Below, one piece after another: positions 42,886 through 53,329 of a DNA stretch of 64,000 nt (its first letter is position 1; each line of letters starts with the position of its first letter). The DNA is taken from positions 9,493,611-9,557,610 of the forward strand of contig NC_057751.1 of assembly GCF_004010195.1 (NCBI RefSeq). The letters run 5' to 3'. Below the pieces are notes generated by a model, which worked only from the letters and a program-made list of their open reading frames with translations, did not search any database and was not told the origin of the DNA. Origin of the DNA: Chiloscyllium plagiosum. Its lineage: Eukaryota. Both the position numbers and the translations under genes were made by a program.

Positions 42886-44337
42886 CAAACACAGAGAACG
42901 CTGGGGACATTCAGCAGGTCTGGCAGCAGTTATCGAGAGAGAAATAGAGTTAACAGTGAGTTCAGTCAGACTCTTCTGTTCCTCTCTCCACAGGTGCTGT
43001 AAGACCTCCTGAGTTTCTCCATCATTGACTGTTTTGCTCATTTTCCTTCTCTACTTCTGCAAAACATTAGTAGAATTGTGATAATGCAAGCTACTAATGT
43101 TTATAATTGGGTCAGAAATGACAAAAAAATTAGCATTGCAGTATATCTGAAATGATTCAGTTCAGTAAACTGGGTGAAAGTTCACTCAAAATTAATTTTT
43201 CAATCTATACAGCATCTGAACCTGATGTTTCAGAAAAACTACTGCCAGTAATGTGACATAGTTGCACCACATTTGTGACACTGATATAAAAATTGCACAG
43301 ACAGAACTCGGAGATAAGAAACTCTCGAGAGCTTATCACTGAACATTTGCTTCAAATGAAATATTTGACTGGACTCCACACTGAAAACATTTCTGGTCAA
43401 AATGTGGTGTTGTCACTGCTTACCTTGTTGGTTCCTTGTAATTGAAGATGTTGCTCATTAGTCTGACCACTTTCTGCTGGTCAGTGGACAACAGTAGAGA
43501 ATTGATACAAAAAGGTGACAGCTAATTATGTGATTATGATAGCACCTCTTTTGCAATTATTGCATGCACAGGTGTCTTTGGAGAGAGAGCATGCAGTGTT
43601 CAATGGCACGCGTGAAGCTTTATGAGGCCAGCAGGCAGGGAATGCTGGGGTGCATTGTTTTAATTTACTGCTCTTATTTTTTGTTGGTTACAGAGCCCTA
43701 TCATCTGGTTGCTTTCTTTCAATTCAGTTCATTTTGTTTCTTTGTCTAACGTTTGCCAAGGAGTAATCAAATGTATATGAAGCAATCGTAAGCCAGAACC
43801 TGGATGTGTTTTACGGTGTGCAGTTGGTTGAAATTAAAATCAAATGAGAACTTGGACTTTGTGTAAAAGCATTTTGCGTCTTTGAACAACACAAGAGGAC
43901 CTGAGCTACACCATACAGAAAAGGTCACAACAAAATTTATTGTTAATGTTCCCAGCTACCAATAATCAGCTGTTTCTGGCTTGATAAATGGCACTGCTTG
44001 CAGGAATCTGGGAGTGGCTCTCCAACCAGGGAGTTAGTGAAATACAGAAGGGAAAACTGAACTAATTTACTTTGGGGTGAATTTTACGCCAGAAATTGAC
44101 TAATTGTTAATTTTGGTGAGTTTCCTGGAGTATTTCTCTCCACAAGCTGTAGCGACCTTTCTCACAAGACATTCCCAAACTAGCCTTATTCGCAATGTAC
44201 CACATATCTATTGCACTGTCTTCATTGTATTCTCCCACTTGCCAGAGGCAAATATACGGCCCACTGCTGGGACCTCCCAGGAATTTTGGCACCTGTGCTA
44301 TTTGTAATGCCCAACTGTCTACCTGGTTAAGCACTGG

Positions 44338-44420
44338 CCTGCCTGAAACGTCGATTCTCCTTCTCCTTTGATGCTGCCTGACTTGCTGCACTTTTCCAGC
44401 AACATATTTTTAAGCTCTGC
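44338..44420 (+). mobile_element. Short Penelope terminal-repeat fragment
   Basis: gcctgaaacgtcgattctcc...gatgctgcctgacttgctgcacttttccagcaac; same family as 51224-51312. Confidence 0.8.
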
Positions 44421-44505
44421 ACAGTTTATGTCAATTGGACTGGACATGCTGAACAGAGAACAGTTGGCATCCTGCTTTGCTTTTGGGGACCTGGATGTCA
44501 TGGTG

Positions 44506-45050
44506 TGAAAATACTGCCCAGAGGCTGGTATCCCGTCACCAAGTCAGCCTTGATTTACTTGTGCATAGTATACTGGCTATGGCTAGCCAGCTCAGAATCA
44601 GTCCCCTGAACTGAGGCGATTCTAAATCTCCTGGTGATGTTTTTTCCTCCAGGTTTTATATTGATATATTTCTCCTGATTGTATAATTTTTCTTCTTCTA
44701 TGTTCCCCACACTACCGCCTAACAGCGGTAGTGCTTATATTTTCCCCAGCACCCATGTTGTGTGTGTGCAGGTGTAGGACACAGTGAAAAAGAACAAGTG
44801 GCATGAGTCTTTATTCAGTTTTTACCACCAGGAAGAACAAAAACACCAGAGTGGCCATTGACAAGCAGTGCCCTTCTCATCAAAGGGCAATGCTGCATTA
44901 CCAAAAAGGTGAAGAGGAGGGCAGGGATTAAATTAAAATAGAGTTGGGGGGGAACTAATACACCCCACTCCCTGTGGTGCCCACTTCTCTTGGTTATTTT
45001 TGTAAGCCAAAGCTTTCCTGATTAGCCCAGGTTAACAACCCTAAGCAAAT
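44506..45050 (-). mobile_element. Solo LTR (same family as 29919-30155) with an internal insertion
   Basis: Reverse complement shares accaggagatttagaat..ctcagtt..gactgattctgagctggct and gttgttaacctgggc.aatcaggaaagc. Confidence 0.6.
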
Positions 45051-45214
45051 TGGTGGAGGGTTCTCATGTGGGGTCCAAGACGGAAGGCTGGAGAAGGAAG
45101 CCATGAGCTGGAATTTCCAGATCTGACTTTCGTGTTAGGAATTGTCACTATCTGGTTTCTATTCAGCACGTGGAAGAATGGGAAACTACATTAATGAGGT
45201 GAGATGAGTTAATC

Positions 45215-45948
45215 ATGAGAATACAGGGTTAAAGGCAGGATTCTTGGCAGTGTGGAGGAACAGAGGGATCTTGGGGTCCAATGTCCATAGATACTTCAAA
45301 GTTGCCACCCAGGTTCATAGGATTGTTAAAAAGGCGTATGGTGTGCTGGCTTTCATTCGTAGGGGGATTGAGTATCAGAGCCACGAAGTTATGCTGCGGT
45401 TCTGTGGAGGCCTGGTTAGACCTTATTTGGAATATTGTGTTCAGTTCTGGTCACCTCATTATGGGAAGGATGTGAAAGTTTTAGAAGGTGCAGAGGAGAT
45501 TTACTAGGATGCTGCCTGGACTGGAGAAGGACATGTCTAATGACAAAAGGTTGTGGGAGCTAAAGGTTTTCTCATTAGAGCGAAGGTGGTGAGGGGCAAC
45601 TTGAGAGAGCTGAACTTGAGAGAGGCATCAATAGAATGATTCGTCAAAGACTTTTTTCCAGGGCAGAAATGACTCTCACAAAGGGCAAAAATTTTAAGGT
45701 GATTGGAGGAAGGTTTAGGGGAGATGTCTGAGGTTGGTTCTTTACGCAAAGTGGTGGGTGCGTGGAACGCACTGCCAACAGTGGTAGTTGAGTCAGATAC
45801 ATTCTGGGCATTTAAGCAACTCTTGGATAGGCACAGGGATGATAGGCAAATGAAGGATATGTCGGTTAGTTTGATCTTACAGTAGAGTAAAGGGTTGGCA
45901 CAACATCCAGGGTCAAAGCACCTGTACTATGCTGTGCTGTTCTATGTT
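45215..45948 (+). mobile_element. CR1 3' part
   Basis: ORFs 45244-45507 (YLEYCVQFWSP) and 45703-45885; tail tgttctatgtt. Confidence 0.9.
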
Positions 45949-46569
45949 AATTTATGGGAATGCCTGTAATTCGGCTGCTCACCAATCTTGAATGAGAACT
46001 TCATCTCATCATTCAATACTTGATTAGAAAGTGTAACATTTTCTTCTTCTCCTGCCCATCTCATGTAACTCCCTCAACCTTGGTGCCAATGCCCAATTTG
46101 TTAAGTAGCTGGGGAGATTATGCCCATTGTCTTTAATATTTCAAGGTGTACATAAGAAATATGGTGCAGAAAATCTGCTAATTTATGATCATCAAATTCC
46201 ACATAATATTTCAGTTCCAAAGGGGTTAATGTTGTTATTTTTACTGAGCACAAGCTGGTCATCTCCAGGAAAGTTACATAACAGCTACATTTAAAGCAAG
46301 TTGAAAGAACAAGGGGAACTTTCCCAGCATGTCCGATTTCTTTTCCTGTGAACATTGCACCAACAATTCTTCAAGGCTGTTGAAGCCAAACCTGTTGAAT
46401 TCCATTTGCTTTTATTTGTTAGATGCTAAATGTTTTCAACCACAGCGGACATTCAGCCCATCATTCAGCCGGGTCCACAAAACAATTCCTTACATGAAAG
46501 TGAGTACTGTTAATGTTTTTCCATATTTTCTCTTAATGTGGAAATTAACCTGTCGATTGATTCTATTAT

Positions 46570-46955
46570 TGTGTGGTTTGATGCCACGTGGTGAGTCTGG
46601 ATTTTTACATAATGATCAAGGAGAAGGCAAAGTCAAGACATGTTTTCAGGTTTAGACTTCAAAGTAACAACATTTATTACTTGTGAAGAAATAATAATAA
46701 AACTGTACAGTGCATGGTACTCATACCTCTGTCATATAGTTACATTCATTGTATACTCATGTCCATGTGCTCTCTTCCTGAGACGGCACTTTAGAATGTT
46801 TCCAAAATGTATTAAGTTTTCATGATATTCTTCCAACATGTTCTAAAGCTTCCAATTATGTGGTATTTATACTGAGTAATGTGCAGTTGTGTGACCTTAT
46901 CACAAGGTTGCTCCAGGGTTCATAGCCCTTATACTGCTGTCACACTCAAGCTTTC
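46570..46955 (-). repeat. Diverged direct repeat copy B with TATAAAT
   Basis: Shares blocks with 49140-49500, e.g. ggagaaggc..agtcaag...ttttcag..ttagacttcaa.gtaac and atttatact; TATAAAT (minus) at 46871-46865. Confidence 0.7.
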
Positions 46956-49139
46956 TTCCCCTCATCATAAACACTAAAAATCAGTGTTATATATGCTCAA
47001 ATTACTTACCTCTGTAACTTCTTTTATAGCATTGACTGTACATTTTGTTCTTATTTCTTCTGTCTTGCTCAAGGATTTGATTCCTCTGTGTCACATGAGG
47101 GAGAGGAAAGTCTATTCCAAGGCACAGAATGACTGGAGGACAAGTTGGCGATTTTGTTTGTTCTCTGCTGGCATTTCTTCGATCAGAGATTCAAGGAATG
47201 TTGGTGAAGCAAGTTGCCGTGATTTAAGTGCTTTGATTTTGGGAACTGTGATGTTGTTACACATTGTTATACATGTGTCACACCACGGTTGTTGTTGAAT
47301 ACCATTGTTAGTAGCCCGGAGGAAGAAATGCATGTGTGTTGCATTTATGAAAAGCTTGCTCCCTTGCAGTGTCGACTTGTTCTTCAAAGTTCAGCCTCAA
47401 GGCATGAATGCACATGTTTGGAACTATCGAAGTTGTTGCTTGGCACATCCTTCAGCCTGAAAACACCTTCGAGAGACCTCCTTAGCTACAATGAGGACAC
47501 TGTTGGCTGACGACGAAGCAGTTTTATCTTCACTGATGTGGAATTCTACAACTACATCGACATTAGATTGTATAAGAATGTTTATTGGTGCTGGCACATC
47601 CGTTATACTGCTTAGATAAACAGTCTGTCTGATTAGATCGTTTATTGTGCTTTACGTAGACAATTCTTTACAGAATGTTCTTCATTAAATGGAACTTCTA
47701 CTGCATCATATTTCATCAACAGGTTCCTGGACTCAGAGTCCAATAGTATTTGGACTGTTCTAGTTCTTGAATTGGATGCTCTTTTGATTAGTCCAGTGAC
47801 TGATTGATCTAAGATGCAATTCAGTCTCAGATGAGCTCTTGCAGTAAACTTCTGTGCTGCATGGATCAGATAGTATTCAATGGATTGTTAATGAAGCTCT
47901 GTATAGACGCTCCTGAAAGTTAGCTCCTGCAATTCAAGTGTAATCTCAACAGCATCATAATTTTTTTGAAGTAAAATAATAACCAAAAGGTGTTAGGAAT
48001 TTGTCAAAAGTAATGTGTTTCTCATTATTTGCTGTATGTGCTACACATAATTTGATGTTATTTCTGTTTTATTGATAAGGATGCGAGCTTGCTCTGCACT
48101 TGATTTGAGTTCCACTGCTGAAGTTGTTTGAAATCTTAGGAATAGAGCTTCTTCCTACATCTGTTAACTTTCTGAACGATCAAACAGGTCTGGTAGCCTG
48201 GAAATTTCCAGTGAAAATTTTGTTCTTGGCAGGTTTTGTTGCATTGTTTCCTTGTTGATATCCATTTAAACTTCTTGACTTGTATTATCAATGTTACGAT
48301 TTTGATCTCCTTGTATCATATTAATTTTGTTGTGTTCTTATGATCACAGCTGTTGCTGAATAATTGTTGTGAAAAAGTTTGTTCTTGGAATACTAAATTT
48401 AAAGCCTTTCAAGTTTCTTAAGATTTCACAATCTTCACTGTGGGAATCTGATATGCAGTTTTGATTTTTCTCAACAATTTTGTCAATTAAATATTACCTG
48501 ACTGTGAGCAGTCATCACTGTGTTGCTCAGAGTAATTTCTCTGTTTTTTTTAAATTCATTTTTCTGATAAGGGCATTGCTGGCAAGCCAGCATTTATTGT
48601 CTGTCCCTTGTTACCCTTGAGAAGATGGTGGGAATCTGCCTTCTTGAACTGCTGCAGTCCATCTGCTGTAAGCTGACCCACAAAGCTGTTGAGGAAAGAA
48701 TCCCAGGATTCTGATCCAGCAAAAACAAACGTCTTATATCCTTTCCCTCAAGTGCATGAATCTGCTTTTGAAGTCTGAAAATTTGCCTGTATTTTCCCCC
48801 TTAGCTGCCAATGGGCTTTTCTACTCTCACTGTGTTTTGTTTTCAAGTAAGCCTTATTTCTCCATCTACAGACTGAAAAGCCTTTTTAAGACTCAATGTT
48901 CTGGTATTTTATCTTCAAAATATGTTCCAAGAGTGTCCTTTAAAGCTGCAATTCAGATCTGTGAATGTTTGTTTCTGCGAATGTTTGTTAATCGGTCTCA
49001 AAGCTGCACTGGTGATTTTTTGGAAAAAGATTATTTGAAATTGCCTCTTCTCCAGATGACCTTAGGTATCTTTCTGGCTCTTCATTGCTTCCATGGTTTT
49101 CTTGGCAGTATGGCACATTGCTACCACCACCTCTTAATG

Positions 49140-49500
49140 TGTGATTGGATGGCACATCCAGAGTTTGCTTTCCTTACAAGTTGTTTGAGGAGAAGGCTGA
49201 GTCAAGGATTCTTTTCAGACTTAGACTTCAATGTAACTGTGTATGGTCATCGTTGATATACCAGCCTCTTTCTCTATGTTCATATGCATGTGCTCTTACT
49301 CTCCCAGAGAGAGTACTGCAGTCAGATTTCAGAGTATATAAAGTTCTACTCGTGTTCTTCCAGGATGCCTGACTGCCAGCCACTCTGTTGCATTTATACT
49401 AGGTCAAGTGAAGCTCCTTGACAGCTGGTAAGTTTGCTCCATGGTCCCAATGATTGTACATAACAGTGGCAAACAATCTGCTGCTCCCATACAAGACCCT
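49140..49500 (-). repeat. Diverged direct repeat copy A with TATAAAT
   Basis: Homologous to 46570-46955; TATAAAT (minus) at 49398-49392; donor-like AGA|gtaaga at 49300/49299. Confidence 0.7.
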
Positions 49501-49980
49501 TATTTTGATGGAGAGAAAGGGGCATGTTTCTGTGAAGGGCAAATGTTCTGCTCTATATTCCTATGGTACTTAATTGGAAGTAAAGTACATTGGGAAGACC
49601 TGTCATTAAAAGCATGATGCAAATGCGTGTCTTTCTCTTCTGCTCTAAGGAAGCTTTGCACTCCATTTCATTTTGCAGCAACCTTAATCTTTGGATCATG
49701 ATCTTCAATATTTTGTTTCTATGACTAGTTTTTTCTCATTGCTTTCAACTGTGTTTGTCGCATTCCTGCATCTGAGTTGGGCAGCAAAATTCTGAATTTC
49801 CTCAAGCTCAGAGACAAAAAACAGAGACCTGCCTGGAGTGAGTCAGAATTATTTAAATTCAGGGGTCATAACGTCACGGAAAAGGGTTTCAGTAGCAGAT
49901 GTACTAATGCAGGAATGCAAATGGGGATTATATACCCCCCCCCCACCAGACCCACAAGCCTATCATCAGGAATGAGGCTT

Positions 49981-50381
49981 ATAAGACCATAAGACATAGG
50001 AGCTGAAGTAAGGCCATTCGGCCCATCGAGTCCTCTCCGCCATTCAATCATGGCTGATGGGCATTTCAACTCCACTTACCCACATTCTCCCCGTTGCCCT
50101 TAATTCCTTGTGACATCAAGAATTTATCAATTTCTGCCTTGAAGACATTTAGCGTCCCAGCCTCCACTGCACTCTGTGGCAATGAATTCCACAGGCCCAC
50201 CACTCTCTGGCTGAAGAAATGTCTCCGCACTTCTGTTCTGAATTTACCCCCTCTAATTCTAAGGCTGTGTCCACGGGTCCTCGCCTAACGGAAACAATTT
50301 CCGAGCGTCCACCCTCTCCAAGCCATGTATTATCTTGTAAGTTTCTATTAGATCTCCCCTTAATCTTGTAAACTCCAATGA
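49981..50381 (-). mobile_element. CR1 3' fragment sitting within a Penelope terminal repeat
   Basis: Tail ataagaccataagacatagg; flanked by Penelope-repeat halves at 49958-49980 and 50380-50448. Confidence 0.85.
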
Positions 50382-51134
50382 AACGTCGACTCTCCTGCTC
50401 CTCGGATGCTGTCTGACCTGCTGTGCTTTTCCAGCACCAGACTTGACTTACATTTCCACCCCAATTTTCTGTTGTTTACAGGATTGTTTGATCAGTGCAA
50501 GATTGTTCAATTTTAGCTCTTTTCACGAGGTTACCTCACTGTCTGTGCAGCACTCAGTATGAAAAAAAATCAACCTATTTTAATATTGTGAAGCTACATT
50601 TACTTCTGAAAGTTGTTGACAGCACAATTCAGACATTTTCAAAATGTAACTGTGTATCATTCCTTTCGAATAAAACTTGGCAATGACTTGTTAAAAAACA
50701 AAATGTACAAATAGAATGCCTCAAGACCAGAAGGAGGTTATCTGCTCAGTTTCTCCTTGAAATGGTTGGAAACATAAAATTGGTTCAACAAATTGATTTG
50801 TAGTGCATTTTTTAAAGTGAAAATAATTGGTATATCATTGCATTTCAAAAAGACAAAATATATTTGGAGCTTGAAATTAAAGTCAAGGATGATTTTTTTT
50901 GTTGTGACATGACAGTTACTCTCCCAATATGGGGTTGCAAAAGATGATTGAAAAGCAGTCAGAATCTAAATTTGGTCAGTCAAAAACAAAGACACATATT
51001 TGTCACCATTACCATTTCTGGTCAAACCTACACATGACTCCAATTCTGTACTGCAGACTACCTGGTTGACTTTCTGCCATTAAGTTGTCACACTTATTTG
51101 AGATGTGAACTCAAAACTGCAGTGTTATCCACAG

Positions 51135-51347
51135 ATGGAAATGTGTTGCTGGAAAAGCGCAGCAGGTCAGGCAGCATCTAGGGAACGGGAGAATCGACGT
51201 TTCGGGCATTAGCCCTTCTTCCTGAAGAAGGGCTAATGCCCGAAACGTCGATTCTCCCGTTCCCTAGATGCTGCCTGACCTGCTGCACTTTTCCAGCAAC
51301 ACATTTCCATCTCTGATCTCCAGCATCCGCAGACCTCACTTTCTCCT
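51135..51347 (+). mobile_element. Fold-back Penelope-derived mini-element with 15-bp TSD
   Basis: 89-bp inverted arms at 51133-51221 / 51224-51312; cagtgttatccacag is duplicated at 51120-51134 and 51348-51362. Confidence 0.9.
51216..51256 (+). ncRNA. Minimal type I hammerhead ribozyme motif (Penelope-type)
   Basis: CTGAAGA (51222-28), extra A, stem II GGGC-taat-GCCC, GAAA (51242-45), palindromic ACGT stem III, GUC site ending 51249; stem I is weak. Confidence 0.65.
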
Positions 51348-53217
51348 CAGTGTTATCCACAGTCTAATGTAAAATCATACAAAAAATTCAAAGAGAAGAT
51401 AGAAAAAGTGGATATGTTGAAAATTCAAACAAACCACCCGGTATCAAAATGAGGAAGGACAGGTTCTTAAAGTGATAAAGAAACACATCTGGAAGATTTT
51501 GGTTACTCATCACAACACTAATTAATTCTCTGCTTTTTGTTTTATCACTACTGATGATTTGCTGTGCATTCATTGCAGTTTATTATTTTTGTAAGAGCAA
51601 ATTATCTCATAGAAGTATGAGCATAAATCATATTAGTAGATCACCCTTGAAAGTTGTTAAACATCCCAAGCATCTTCACAACAGCATGATAAAACAAACT
51701 ATGAGCTAAATAGCAATGTATTTGAACATCACACAAATTGCTTTGTTCAAGAGCTGGGCACAGGAACCTTGCAAGCTCACAACACTGAAGGAGGCTAATC
51801 TGTCCATCAAGTGCATGTTGGCTCTCTGCAAATGCTTTTCAGCTTGACTTTTGTCCTGCAAACATTTTGTTTGCACCTTATCCACTCCCTTATGAAAGCC
51901 ACAATTTTATTTGCCTTGAATTTGAAATGCACTGCCTGAGAATGTGGTGGAGGCAATCGCTGGCAAAATAGCTTTTCTTGTAGTTTTTTTAAGCTATTCC
52001 ATTCAACCACTGTCATGTGTTCCTCAATCCTTCTGACTCGCATTTTCTACATCTATTCTATCTAGACATCTCATGTTTGTGGACACCTCTTAGAAAAATC
52101 TCCCCCAGAAGAAAAAAAATCCAATCTTTCCATGGAAATGAAGTATCTTAACCTTGATATTGTTGTCTGCAATCTTTTCTACAATTGTCACATCATCCCT
52201 TTGGTGCCATGTCCATAAGTGGACAAAATTCCTAAGGTGAAGCCAAATGAAAGTTTTATAAATCTCATCACAACCTTGCCATTATATTCTTATTCTCTAT
52301 GCCAATTTGTGTCCAAGTGTTGTATCCTCAGCAAATTCGGCTTACTGTCCCCCCCCAGGATCAACTATAGTCTGAAAGTTGCTAACAGTTTGTTTCAGCC
52401 CAAAGCTGTTTGCATCAACAAGTTATCTTTTTTTGTCCATGTTCTCTTGCTTTCCTTTACTTACCTCTTGCCCTGAGCTTGGACAGGATCGGTGGTGGTG
52501 AGTGGACTCAGCACAGACCGAGTGAGCCCAGCATGGACCTCATGGCAGAGGTGAGTGAGCCCCGATGTACTTTTTTGGAGTACACACATTGACTTGGTAT
52601 CGGAATGGACGGCTGCTACATTGACAGAGACATTGTCAGTGAGGTCGGCCCAGCATTGAGAGATGGCCTCTGAGGATTGGCGACTTTGTGGTTGGTTAGT
52701 TCTGGTACAGGCTGTAGCAAGACCAAATTGGCTTAGCGGCGTAAGATGGCACCTGAAGAGTGGCGACTTTGATATTGGTTGATTCCAGTGGAGATGGCAG
52801 CAAGGTTGTGGACAAGGGATGGTGGTGCAGGCATCATTGATGATGAGCTGGCTCAGGATTGATGAACTCTCTTTTAGCTACAACGTTCTATCTTTTTCTG
52901 AAAACGATTCAAAATGGCACAGGATCGTGGCAACACTGGAAAAGCTTTTCACTGTATTTCTCACTGTAAAATACACGTGACATTCATTAAGTTACCATGA
53001 AGTGGGATCGAATTGGTGTAGTTGACCTGATCCAAGGAGACACCTCTGCTCCAGTCTCATCTCATCCCACTTCGCGACTGGAATCAAGCCCTGGTCGTTT
53101 GAACCTGGGCACGTCGTGTGCCAAATTTGAGAGAGAGAGTTGGGTGTTTCTGCAACCTGGCGTGCTTGAGGGCCATGTTTTGGAGAAGTGGTCACAGACC
53201 TCAGAAACAGGAGATTG

Positions 53218-53295
53218 CCTCAAAGGATGAAACTTTGACCCTTGCAGACGATTCCCTCAAAGGATGAAACTTTGACCCTTGCAGACGATTCCCTC
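53218..53295. repeat. Perfect 37-bp tandem duplication
   Basis: cctcaaaggatgaaactttgacccttgcagacgattc at 53218 and 53255. Confidence 0.95.
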
Positions 53296-53329
53296 GTGGT
53301 GAGTGGAGAGGGGAGAGGGGAGAGGGGCA

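Noticed and set aside
44107..46400. Short resemblances to filovirus NP/VP24/VP35 peptides (RLGPHMRT, VLNQVDSW, WAGEEENVT)
   Set aside because: They point to different proteins, the spacing is not collinear, and one lies at an LTR edge; most likely chance matches from memory.
13340..53000. IL-1 family or CKAP2L exons expected from synteny
   Set aside because: No IL-1 signature (FESxxxPGWFI-like) or other convincing spliced exons were found.
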